Assembly (NCBI GenBank): GCA_965648905.1 | Contig: CBFGIT010000038.1 | Span: 1 to 22,757 of the forward strand | Direction: 5' to 3' | DNA: 22,757 nt | From: a candidate division WOR-3 bacterium | Lineage (GTDB): Bacteria; Hydrothermota; Tepidihabitantia; Tepidihabitantales; Tepidihabitantaceae | Notes under the pieces: generated by a model | Seen by the model: only the letters and a program-made list of their open reading frames with translations | Told to the model about the DNA's origin: nothing | The model's database searches: none | Position numbers and translations under genes: made by a program | Shown: in pieces, positions 8,301-15,426 of the stretch | Layout: each line of letters starts with the position of its first letter | How positions within the stretch are numbered: the stretch's first letter is position 1

Positions 8301-8649
8301 CGGCGAGTTCTGGGTGTATACGCCGAACCTGACCGGCGAAGGAAGTGTTGGGGCGAACCGGGCCGAGGCCGTGATGTCAGGCGCGTTCGACCCGGGCAGC
8401 GGCGTTGTGCGCCTGTTCCCGAACCCGCTGCGCTCCGGGTTTGCAAGCATCCATCTAGATGCTCGACTCCTTGCATCGTCGATTCCCGTCCTGTCGGTAT
8501 TCGACGCGCTCGGTCGGCTGGTGACGCGTTCAGTGCTTGCGGCTCAGCAGTCGTCGGTTGACCTCAGGTCGCTTGCACCCGGAGTATACCTGGTGAAAGT
8601 CCAGGCCGGCAGCCACGTGACGACCGAGAAGCTCGTGGTCCAGCACTAA
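5323..8649 (+). CDS. Large secreted/surface protein: signal peptide, two duplicated (NIDO-like beta-domain + CARDB/Ig-like) modules, Lys-rich Kelch-like propeller, C-terminal T9SS-type sorting domain
   Basis: Signal peptide MSRWVVTITLFLAVAATAAAA after SD AAGGAG. Duplicated 'GGPD..G....D....GPT(F/Y)AW.D', '(T)NG(W/Y)L.FG', 'PNNA...FWDDL', 'ATVGIES' and 'D(V/I)GV..I.AP'. Six 'Y..KG....F..Y....D.W'-type blades. C-terminus 'LFPNP...VFDALGRLV...LAPGVYLV...TEKLVVQH'. Confidence 0.9.
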   Translation: MSRWVVTITLFLAVAATAAAALKPLNKSARGPRRPSAGLLRGGGPDDFGYEFKDDREPGGPTFAWIDTVSAESLPLAGDDTVGLVRLPFPFRFYGRVYDSVWVCTNGWLSFGAHPGTSRYENESVPSPNLPNNAVFAFWDDLAVGEFFNGSIYTRAVDTAPNRKFAIIWQDVICNFVPDPITFEVVFDEADSSITLQYLDVICSDPYSDSGGTATVGIESDTTLLPAQTGLLYSLDEKALEGGRAIRFSLVPQVGNDVGVHAILAPTGHNRTGVSITPTALVKNYGLNPQANVPVRCSIFGLRGALRYSDEYVVSSIPASSSLLVYFDPWLPTIAETCNVVVSTWLPGDERPGNDRLQRRSAVHQAHFYGGPDAGFMRWLDSDTSAGPTYAWHDISATGTPVVFHDYDNAVAPIPIGFGFGFYDSTYTTVYVGTNGYLMFGFGMVRINNESIPSEGAPNNAIYPFWDDLDCIGPGRVRYQVFGSAPNCTLVVSYDSVRIVDGGDSSLSFQVLLCQGSNDIIMRYRDVQTGYAPVEYGMSATVGIESPRGTTGLCYLFGSDTIASPMGNLLSAGRAIRFYFGGREGDIGVTGIIAPSGYVYTNSRLVPRVRCRNFHTMPSDFRAFMFLEDPNGIRVYAESVLVSRLAPLTDTAVSFPWCSTGTNVGRWNVKCSTFCVADTYPPNNVLADTFTLTAPAGIWTEKGSMPDLPSGRRPKDGAWLVYDFARSRGYAAKGNKTPDFYTYSPMLDTWVSRSGLPLGREQKLPGKGAAGCATGAGYVYAVKGNNSCGFYRYDIDADTWLQMRDVPLGTNNYKVKGGSGLVYVEKSGKGYVYLLKGTKSEFYRYDVATDSWIARGDAPRGMAAKWDKGSWLVYDGGHTIYAHKAKYHELWAYDTDADTWRPAPLAGMPFQGRSGRNKKSKDGGCGAWFHGSVYALKGGNTQEFWKYVPHSDSWVELDTVPAFGSSGARRKIKAGSSICGMTSGLGVLKGNKTGEFWVYTPNLTGEGSVGANRAEAVMSGAFDPGSGVVRLFPNPLRSGFASIHLDARLLASSIPVLSVFDALGRLVTRSVLAAQQSSVDLRSLAPGVYLVKVQAGSHVTTEKLVVQH

Positions 8650-9698
8650 CGCTGACCGAGTTCGAGGACGAGCCGGGCAATGCGCTCGGCCGCGCCTTCG
8701 GGTCCGAGCATCGCCCGGACTCGCCCAAGCTGGCCGCGCATGGCTGAGCTTGCCTGCTCGTCGGCAAGCAGTCGAGCCGCCCGAGCAGCAAGCGCACCCG
8801 GCTTTGGATTGAGCAGCTCGGGAACTATCTGCCGGCCCGCGAGGATATTGGGCAGAGCAAAGTACCGGGTGCGTACCAGGACCCGGGCCGCAATGGTCGA
8901 AGCCGGCGACAGATGGTAGCAGACGACCATCGGTACGCCGAGAATCGCAGCTTCTGCGGTAACTGTTCCTGACACTGCCACTAGGCAGGCAGCGCCGGCC
9001 ATGACCGAGTAGCGTTCATCAAGCGACCATGTCATGTTGCTGTTGCCCGGTGGCAGAATGGTGATGGCCGACGGGCCGACCATGACCCCTTGAAGAGTGG
9101 GGAATCCATTTTGAAGCAGCTCGAAAACCCGCGAGAAGAGCGGCCGGTGGTGACGCACTTCAGCCGGTCTCGAACCGGGCAGGAACGCAACGTAACGACC
9201 GAGCCCGGGCAGTGGCCTGACCGAACTGCCCTGACTGACCGAGTCGAGCAGCGGATAGCCGAAGTAGTCGGCCGCAAGCCCGGCACGCACCAGCAGTTCT
9301 TTCTCGAACGAGAAAAGACAAACCACCCGGTCCGCAGCGGCCTTGAGCGCCGTGGTCCGATTCGCTCCCCATGCCCAGACCTGAGGCGGCGCGACATAGA
9401 CAACCCGGATACCCAGTGCCCGGAGTCTGGGCCCGAGGCGCAGGTGCAACCCTGAGTAGGAGATGAGCACAGCCACGTCCGGTCCGAACTCTGCTGCCGC
9501 GGCCGCAGCGTGTGCCAAAGCCTGACCCAGCCCTCTGGCTGCCCGCAGACCGGCCCAGAACCCCAGGACCGGCCCCAGGCTCCGGCTCCAGTCCAGCCAC
9601 CGACACTCGATATCGGGCTGAATCCGTTCCAGCTCCTGACGCAGAGCTGCGGCAATCACTGCGCCTGACGGCTCGCCGGTCGAAAAGAGAACCCGCAT
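8646..9698 (-). CDS. lpxB: Lipid-A-disaccharide synthase (divergent)
   Basis: 'FSTGEPSG', 'YVAPPQVWAW', 'CLFSFEK', 'FLPGSR..EV', 'SGTVTAEAAILGVPMVVCY', 'LPNILAG..IVPELL'. Start set at ATG 9698 (MRVLFSTGE) by family N-terminus and promoter position. Stop overlaps the convergent gene's stop. Confidence 0.88.
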   Translation of the reverse strand: MRVLFSTGEPSGAVIAAALRQELERIQPDIECRWLDWSRSLGPVLGFWAGLRAARGLGQALAHAAAAAAEFGPDVAVLISYSGLHLRLGPRLRALGIRVVYVAPPQVWAWGANRTTALKAAADRVVCLFSFEKELLVRAGLAADYFGYPLLDSVSQGSSVRPLPGLGRYVAFLPGSRPAEVRHHRPLFSRVFELLQNGFPTLQGVMVGPSAITILPPGNSNMTWSLDERYSVMAGAACLVAVSGTVTAEAAILGVPMVVCYHLSPASTIAARVLVRTRYFALPNILAGRQIVPELLNPKPGALAARAARLLADEQASSAMRGQLGRVRAMLGPEGAAERIARLVLELGQR

Positions 9699-9706
9699 CT
9701 GGGCAA

Positions 9707-9734
9707 AGCCTATGTGCTGCTCCATACGTGTCAA
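9707..9734 (-). promoter_or_regulatory. Promoter of lpxB (leaderless)
   Basis: Minus strand TTGACA (9734-9729), 16 bp, TAGGCT (9712-9707), then 8 nt to ATG 9698. Confidence 0.6.
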
Positions 9735-9748
9735 CTGCGAGCGCAGCC

Positions 9749-9776
9749 TTGACTTCTGTCTGCCGGTCACTATGCT
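9749..9776 (+). promoter_or_regulatory. Promoter of agmatinase (very short leader), back-to-back with the lpxB promoter
   Basis: TTGACT (9749-9754), 16 bp, TATGCT (9771-9776), then 11 nt to ATG 9788. No SD. Confidence 0.6.
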
Positions 9777-9787
9777 GGTTCGGCTCG

Positions 9788-10642
9788 ATGGCTTTCTACT
9801 ACGCAAAAGCCGGCCCGGACTCATGCCTCGTCACCATCGCCGGCATGCCCTTGGACCGAACAAGTTCCTTTGCGTCCGGGTCCAGATTCGGCCCGGCCCT
9901 TGCCCGACTCGGCGCGGACAACATCGAAAGCTTCAGTCCCTATCTGGGCCGGGACGTAACCGACGTGCCGGTGCACGATGCCGGCGACCTTGAGTTCTCC
10001 TACCGCACGGCCGACGCGCCCCTGGCCCTTATCCGCCAGTTCACCCGCGCCACAACCAGCCGCGGACGCAAGCTCCTGGCCCTGGGCGGCGAGCACACCA
10101 TTACCGGGCCGATTGTCGCCGAGCTCGCGAACCGCTACCCCGAGCTCTGCGTGGTGCATTACGACGCTCATTCGGACCTGCGCGACGAGTATCTCGGCGA
10201 GCAGGTCTGTCATGCCACGGCCATGGCCCGGGTCCTCGACTCCGTGCCCCGGGACCGGCTGTTCCAACTAGGCATCCGCTCATTTGCCGCCGCGGCCGAA
10301 ATCGAAGCCCCAAACGTCTTCGCGTTCGAGGTACTCTCGCCGGCAGAACCGGTTCGGGCGGCAATCGGGACCCGACCGCTCTACGTCACGGTTGACGCTG
10401 ATGTGCTTGACCCGGGTGTAATGCCCGACGTTCAGACCCCGCAGCCTGGTGGCTGCTCCTACACCGAACTGGTCCGTTCCCTGGCCGCGCTCGACGGCCT
10501 CAACCTGGTCGGCGCTGACCTGGTCGAGGTCTGTCCGCGAACCATCCAGCCCTCAGCCGGTGCATGCATCGCTGCCGAGCTGGTACGTGAGCTGGTCCTG
10601 CTGCTGGCCGGGCCCGGCCCACGTCGTGCATCGTCCGTATGA
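9788..10642 (+). CDS. speB: Agmatinase (ureohydrolase family)
   Basis: 'G.P.D.TSSF..GSRFGP', 'D.GD', 'LGGEHTIT', 'HYDAHSDLRDEY', 'QLGIRS', 'YVTVDADVLDP', 'TPQPGG', 'GADLVEV.P'. Start set at ATG 9788 rather than 9512. Confidence 0.88.
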   Translation: MAFYYAKAGPDSCLVTIAGMPLDRTSSFASGSRFGPALARLGADNIESFSPYLGRDVTDVPVHDAGDLEFSYRTADAPLALIRQFTRATTSRGRKLLALGGEHTITGPIVAELANRYPELCVVHYDAHSDLRDEYLGEQVCHATAMARVLDSVPRDRLFQLGIRSFAAAAEIEAPNVFAFEVLSPAEPVRAAIGTRPLYVTVDADVLDPGVMPDVQTPQPGGCSYTELVRSLAALDGLNLVGADLVEVCPRTIQPSAGACIAAELVRELVLLLAGPGPRRASSV

Positions 10643-10675
10643 CCTGCGCAAGTCCAACCAAGGAGGTAACCAACC

Positions 10676-10834
10676 ATGTGTTGTCGTGCGTGCTCTGGCT
10701 ACGACCTCTGTCTGGCCAAGGGCAAGCTGTCCGACGACTGCTGTCCGCAATGCCGCTACTTCGATTCGTGTATGGAAGAGCCCCAGGAGGAGGAAGAGAA
10801 ACCGCGCAGCCCGGTTCGCACCCGTAGAAAATAG
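10676..10834 (+). CDS. 52-aa Cys-rich microprotein with two CCxxCxx[YF]DxC motifs (not in ORF track)
   Basis: Strong SD AAGGAGG (10660-10666), 9 nt before ATG 10676. Protein MCCRACSGYDLCLAKGKLSDDCCPQCRYFDSCMEEPQEEEEKPRSPVRTRRK, stop TAG 10832-10834. Fills the gap between speB and the convergent gene. Confidence 0.8.
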   Translation: MCCRACSGYDLCLAKGKLSDDCCPQCRYFDSCMEEPQEEEEKPRSPVRTRRK

Positions 10835-10864
10835 TCTCGGCCGCGCCGGACTTCGCCTGACCGT

Positions 10865-12991
10865 CTAAGGTCGCACTACTGCTGCCCGTGCCAGCGCGGT
10901 CCCGCGCGGCGTTGTAACCACCACCAGATAGAGTCCGCTTGCCCGCTCGCCCGGCCGCCAGACCGCCCGGCGCAGCGCGGTCTCGATGCGCAGCTCAGCA
11001 ACCGGCCGGCCGTCCAAAGTGCGAACTTCGACCCGAAACGCATCGTCGGGCAGGCTGTCAATCACCAGACCCTGGTGCCGGCCCAGGACACACGGATTAG
11101 GATAGACCCGCATCCGCTCGGCACTGCCTCCTTCCGGCGCAGCGTAGTCGAGCACGGAAAGCCCACGCAGCGTACCGACCAGGGCCCGGCCCAGCCGGTC
11201 GGAAATGGCCAGGCCGGTGAAGAAGTTGGAGAGGCCCTGGGTGTTGAGAACCAGTCCCGAGTTCTGCGGCGTGAACGTCTGCCACGAGTTTGAGACCTGG
11301 TCGAGAATCGAAAGCCCGGCATCAGACAGCACCCACACCCGGTCCGACGCATCAACCCGCACCCGGTACACGTTGTTGGAGACGAGCTTGCTGTTCGCAG
11401 TCGTATAGGTCTTTACCTCCCGGCCGTTCCAGACCGCTGCGCCTTGCGGCGTCCCGACCCAGACATTGCCCTGGCCGTCCACCGCAACCGACCGGACCTC
11501 ACGCGAAGGCAGCCCCGCGCCGATGACCGTATCATGGTCGTCCCGCCGGTCATGCAGCGTCCCGTGGTAGTCAACCATCACGAGTCCCATCGTCAGACCC
11601 AGCCAGACCCGGTCACGGTTGTCGAACGCGAACTCGTACAGCCCGCCCGGGGGCGGTGCCAGCCCGGACACGTCGTACACGGTCTGCCGGCCCGCGGAGT
11701 CAACCGCAACAATCACTCCGCCGCCGTTGAAAACCCACTTCGTGTCATGACGGTCCAGGCCGAACGCGTCGATGATGTTCCAGGCTGACGAAGCTCCCCA
11801 CTGCACCGTCTCCCATGAACCGGCATCCGGGTCGAACTTGCTCAGGCCGCCGGCGACCGCGAAATGCGCAAACCACGGTTTCCCTCTTGAATCGACTCGA
11901 ACCTGTTTCGGTATCGGCAGCGCGCTCCAGAGAACTTCGATTGCGCGGTCGGCCTTGACCCTTGTTATTGGTCCACCGTCATGGCACAGGTAGAACTCCC
12001 CGGTTCCGAGCAGCTCACAGTCCGAGATGATGTCCGACGCGATGCAGGTATTCCAGTATCCGGTCCAGCCCTGGCCCGAGGCAGCATAGCGCAGGCCCCA
12101 GCCGGACTGCTCCGACCCTCCACAGCCAGCCCAGACCACGCGACTCGCCAGCAACGCCCGGACGTCCTCGGCAAGGACGACCGAGAACCGGCTTGAGTCC
12201 GGCGCATCGGCCTGAAACAGACCCTGTTTGGTCGCCAGATAGATGCTCGACCCGACAACCACCAGGTCAAAGACTTCGGTCGGTGCTGCGAAACGGTACA
12301 CAGTGCGAAACGCGCTGTCTTCGAGCAGGGCGACACCAAATTCAGTTGCAACCATCGGACTCCCCTGCCAGAACGCGATTGACCGGACCGAGTCACCGAG
12401 CGGCTGCCGGAAGGCCCGCCACTCGCCAAGACCACGGTCAACCGTGACCAGGCCCCGGCTGGTTCCGACCCAGTACCGGTCTTTGACCGAAAGCGAAAGG
12501 ATATTGTCGCTGAGCAATTCCGGCACTTGTGAAACCGAATACCAGGCGATGGCATCGTCACTGAAGTCAAGCAGGGTCGAACGCGTATTGATGACATAGA
12601 GACCCTGGTCGGTCCCGGCCAGCAGCCGGGAACCGTCCCAACAAAGCGCCCGGACATTGCGTGGTGACCATTCGCTGGGCAGGTACGGTCGGGCATGGTC
12701 AGCATCCTTCTCGATAACCGCAAGCCCGCCGCCGCTCATTCCGACCCACAGATTGCTGCTGTCGTCCAGGACCGCGCAAAGGCACTGATTGGCCGGCAGG
12801 CTGTCGGTGTTGACAAAGGTCCTTCGTCCGACTGGCGGTGGCCCGGGTTCCAGGAGTACGACCCCACCGTTGGTTGCCAGCCAGACAACCGAGTCGTTGC
12901 CCGCGATGTCATTGATGAAATTCGTATTCGTGTAGGTCTGCCAGTTGGCGATTGAGCCGGCGGCAACGAGGAGACTGACCAGTAGATTCAT
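10865..12991 (-). CDS. PorZ-like double beta-propeller (two-component-regulator-propeller repeats) with C-terminal T9SS-type domain
   Basis: N-terminal 'NWQTYTNTNFINDIA....VWLATNGGV'. Repeats 'DSLPAN.....D...NLWVG', 'GLPSREVRSVAVDGQGNVWVGT', 'YTTANSKLVSNNV', 'FTPQNSGL'. C-terminal 'VYPNP...VRTLDGRPV...W...ASGLYLV'. Confidence 0.75.
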   Translation of the reverse strand: MNLLVSLLVAAGSIANWQTYTNTNFINDIAGNDSVVWLATNGGVVLLEPGPPPVGRRTFVNTDSLPANQCLCAVLDDSSNLWVGMSGGGLAVIEKDADHARPYLPSEWSPRNVRALCWDGSRLLAGTDQGLYVINTRSTLLDFSDDAIAWYSVSQVPELLSDNILSLSVKDRYWVGTSRGLVTVDRGLGEWRAFRQPLGDSVRSIAFWQGSPMVATEFGVALLEDSAFRTVYRFAAPTEVFDLVVVGSSIYLATKQGLFQADAPDSSRFSVVLAEDVRALLASRVVWAGCGGSEQSGWGLRYAASGQGWTGYWNTCIASDIISDCELLGTGEFYLCHDGGPITRVKADRAIEVLWSALPIPKQVRVDSRGKPWFAHFAVAGGLSKFDPDAGSWETVQWGASSAWNIIDAFGLDRHDTKWVFNGGGVIVAVDSAGRQTVYDVSGLAPPPGGLYEFAFDNRDRVWLGLTMGLVMVDYHGTLHDRRDDHDTVIGAGLPSREVRSVAVDGQGNVWVGTPQGAAVWNGREVKTYTTANSKLVSNNVYRVRVDASDRVWVLSDAGLSILDQVSNSWQTFTPQNSGLVLNTQGLSNFFTGLAISDRLGRALVGTLRGLSVLDYAAPEGGSAERMRVYPNPCVLGRHQGLVIDSLPDDAFRVEVRTLDGRPVAELRIETALRRAVWRPGERASGLYLVVVTTPRGTALARAAVVRP

Positions 12992-13007
12992 CGGTTCAGA
13001 CTAGCAG

Positions 13008-13035
13008 ATGTTACCACAGTTCTGCGCCCGGTCAA
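13008..13035 (-). promoter_or_regulatory. Internal promoter of the PorZ-like gene
   Basis: Minus strand TTGACC (13035-13030), 16 bp ending TGTGG (extended -10), TAACAT (13013-13008), then 16 nt to ATG 12991. No SD. Confidence 0.55.
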
Positions 13036-13036
13036 C

Positions 13037-13106
13037 CTCTCACTCTCGCCCCTCGCCTTTCGCTTCTAGCTTCTCGCTTCTAGCTTATGCACTCAGCACT
13101 CTCCTT
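13037..13106. repeat. Degenerate heptamer tandem repeat (~10 units)
   Basis: ctctcac/tctcgcc/cctcgcc/tttcgct/tctagct/tctcgct/tctagct/tatgcac/tcagcac/tctcctt. Confidence 0.75.
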
Positions 13107-14494
13107 CAATACGCTCCGCGCGCCCCAAGCACAGCCCGCACCGTCCGCAGCAGTATCGAGAAGTCGATCCAGAGCGACCAGTTCCGGATGTAGTACTCGT
13201 CGAGCAGCATCCGCTCGGCAAACGGCAGCTCGGCACGGCCGGAAACCTGCCAGAGTCCGGTCAGACCAGGTCGAACCCGAACGATGGTGTCGAGATAGTC
13301 GCCGACTTTGCCCGCCTCGCTCGGCAGATAGGGTCGCGGGCCGACCAGAGCCATGTCGCCGCGCAGGACGTTGAAAAGCTGCGGCAGCTCATCGAGGCTG
13401 TAGCGCCGCAGGAACCGGCCCACCCTGGTCACGCGGGGGTCGTCGGTTATCCGGGCGAACCGCTCCCATTCCTCGCGCATCGCCGGGCTGTTCTGGAGCA
13501 GCACCTGCAATCGTGCCTCGGCATCAGCGTACATCGTCCGGAACTTCAGACAGTCAAAGAGCCTCCGATTGCGACCGATGCGCTGCTGACGGAACAAGAC
13601 CGGGCCCGGTGATGACAACCGGACCAGCAGGGCCAGAACCGCGAGTAGCGGCGCAAGCAGAACCAGCAGCACGACACTGGCCGCCAGCTCAAACACCCGT
13701 TTCATCCGGGTGTTCAGCGGCCGCAGCAGATTGTACCGGTACTTCATCACCAGCACGCTGCCGACCTGCTCGATTTCCGCGGCCGAGGTCTGGAGCAGCG
13801 CAGCATTCGGCACAACCATCAGGTTCGCGAGCCGGCGCTCGGCCAGTCGGAAGATGGCCCGCAACTCGTCCGCCGCGAACGCATCGGACAAGACCACCAC
13901 CGTCGCATCCTCGTGCGCGCGGCACCGCTCCAGCAGTTTCTCCAGCGGCTCATCGGTCGAAGTCCGGCTCACCAGTTCCACGATGTCATACCCCAGAGAC
14001 CGGTGCGCGCTCAACTCACGCCGGAACAGGTTGGCCGTCGCTTCAGAACCGACCAGCACCAGCGGCTGGGTCCGAAGACGGACCCAGACCAGAAGACGCT
14101 TCAGCACGGCCCGAACCAGCGGCACGAGGACCACGCCGACAACCAGCGCCAGCAGCACCACGACCCGAGAGACAATCCAGAACCGTACCATGAACAGAAG
14201 GATGGTCACGAACGCGGTCGCGATGAACATTCCCCGGAAGTAACGCCGCGTTTCTTCCCATCCGGTCAGACGCTTGGTGTAAAGCCCTTCGTAGGCAAAG
14301 ACGAACGGATAGACCGCAAGCAGATACGCCTTCTCCATCAGCATGTTCAAGGGCAGCACCTGGGGCCCGTACGGCTGGCCGTGGTTCAGCAGCAGGTTCC
14401 GGATGAAGTAGGCAAGAACGTAGCTCAGACCAACCGCGAAAACGTCACCCGCCACCAGCGCCGCCGCGGCCAGCACCGTCTGAAGCCGTCGCAC
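13106..14494 (-). CDS. Undecaprenyl-phosphate sugar-1-phosphate transferase (WbaP/WcaJ-type priming glycosyltransferase)
   Basis: Four N-terminal TM helices and a CoA-binding-like region, then 'KRVFEL', 'SPGPVLFRQQRIG', 'KFRTM', 'DDPRVTRVGRFLRRYSLDELPQLFNVLRGDMALVGPRP', 'RPGLTGLWQVSGR', 'LDEYYIRNWSLWIDF'. Confidence 0.93.
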   Translation of the reverse strand: MRRLQTVLAAAALVAGDVFAVGLSYVLAYFIRNLLLNHGQPYGPQVLPLNMLMEKAYLLAVYPFVFAYEGLYTKRLTGWEETRRYFRGMFIATAFVTILLFMVRFWIVSRVVVLLALVVGVVLVPLVRAVLKRLLVWVRLRTQPLVLVGSEATANLFRRELSAHRSLGYDIVELVSRTSTDEPLEKLLERCRAHEDATVVVLSDAFAADELRAIFRLAERRLANLMVVPNAALLQTSAAEIEQVGSVLVMKYRYNLLRPLNTRMKRVFELAASVVLLVLLAPLLAVLALLVRLSSPGPVLFRQQRIGRNRRLFDCLKFRTMYADAEARLQVLLQNSPAMREEWERFARITDDPRVTRVGRFLRRYSLDELPQLFNVLRGDMALVGPRPYLPSEAGKVGDYLDTIVRVRPGLTGLWQVSGRAELPFAERMLLDEYYIRNWSLWIDFSILLRTVRAVLGARGAY

Positions 14495-15408
14495 TAGCTG
14501 CTCACCGGGCCGCGCCAGGAGTATTCGAACTCACCCAGCCCGACCAGTCCGGCCGCCTCCTCAACGCACAGGTAGGCAACAAACCCCAGGGTCAAGAGCC
14601 CCCGGAACCACCTCGGCTGACCTTGCTCGAAGAACTGCCGCAGCGCCCGCAGCCGGTGGAACTCAGTGAACCGGCGAAAACGCCGTCTGACCCCGCCGTA
14701 GAAGTGGCGCACCCTCACCCGTGGCTCAAGCAGCACCTGCCAGCCGGCCTGGCCCAAACGCCGGCAGATGTCAAGGTCTTCGGCAAACATGAAGTAGCGC
14801 TCGTCGAATCCGTTGACCGCTGCCAATGCTTCCCGCCGGAACAGAACGCACGTGCCGATGACCGCCTCGACCGGGACCGGCGCTTGCGCCTGCTCAATGC
14901 CCTGGTACTGAAACTCCTGCGCCCGAGACAGACTGGGAAACACCCGGGCCGCAATCGATCGCCGGCCTGCCAAGACGAACTTCAACCTGGGGAAACGCCG
15001 CGCCGAGGCCTGCGGCCTTCCGTCCGGATAAACAAGCTGGGGCGACACCGCACCGCAGCTCGGAGTCGCGGTCATTAGTTGCACCAGCGCGCTCATGCTG
15101 CCGGCGGAAAACTCCAGGTCCGGATTCGCCACTGCCAGGTACCGGCCGCGTGCCACCCTGAATCCGCGGTTCGCGGCTGCACCGTAGCCCAAGTTCCGAG
15201 CCAGCGCCAGCAGCCGGCAACCGTGTCGCGCACACACTGTTCTGACCGGTTCGCGGTCGCTTGAAGCGTTGTCAACCACAACCTTCTCAATCTCTTCCTC
15301 CGGCTCGGCTGCGGCCAGCGAAGCCAGGGCGCGGTCCAGGAATCGCGCCGAGTTGAAGTTGACAAAGACAACTGTCAGTGTCGGAGAGGTCTCTGACCCC
15401 GATTGCAC
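14494..15408 (-). CDS. Family 2 glycosyltransferase (WbbL/rhamnosyltransferase-like)
   Basis: 'VVFVNFNS', 'VVVDNASSD', 'NLGYGAAANRG', 'NPD', 'GFDERYFMFAEDLDICRRL', 'H..G'. Stop overlaps the start of the next gene (TAGTG). Confidence 0.9.
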   Translation of the reverse strand: MQSGSETSPTLTVVFVNFNSARFLDRALASLAAAEPEEEIEKVVVDNASSDREPVRTVCARHGCRLLALARNLGYGAAANRGFRVARGRYLAVANPDLEFSAGSMSALVQLMTATPSCGAVSPQLVYPDGRPQASARRFPRLKFVLAGRRSIAARVFPSLSRAQEFQYQGIEQAQAPVPVEAVIGTCVLFRREALAAVNGFDERYFMFAEDLDICRRLGQAGWQVLLEPRVRVRHFYGGVRRRFRRFTEFHRLRALRQFFEQGQPRWFRGLLTLGFVAYLCVEEAAGLVGLGEFEYSWRGPVSS

Positions 15409-15426
15409 CGCGCTCCTGCCCGGCGC

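Noticed and set aside
10449..10868. ORFs 10639..10827 and 10449..10868
   Set aside because: Alternative frames without an SD. The third frame (10676..10834) has a strong SD and a coherent duplicated Cys motif.
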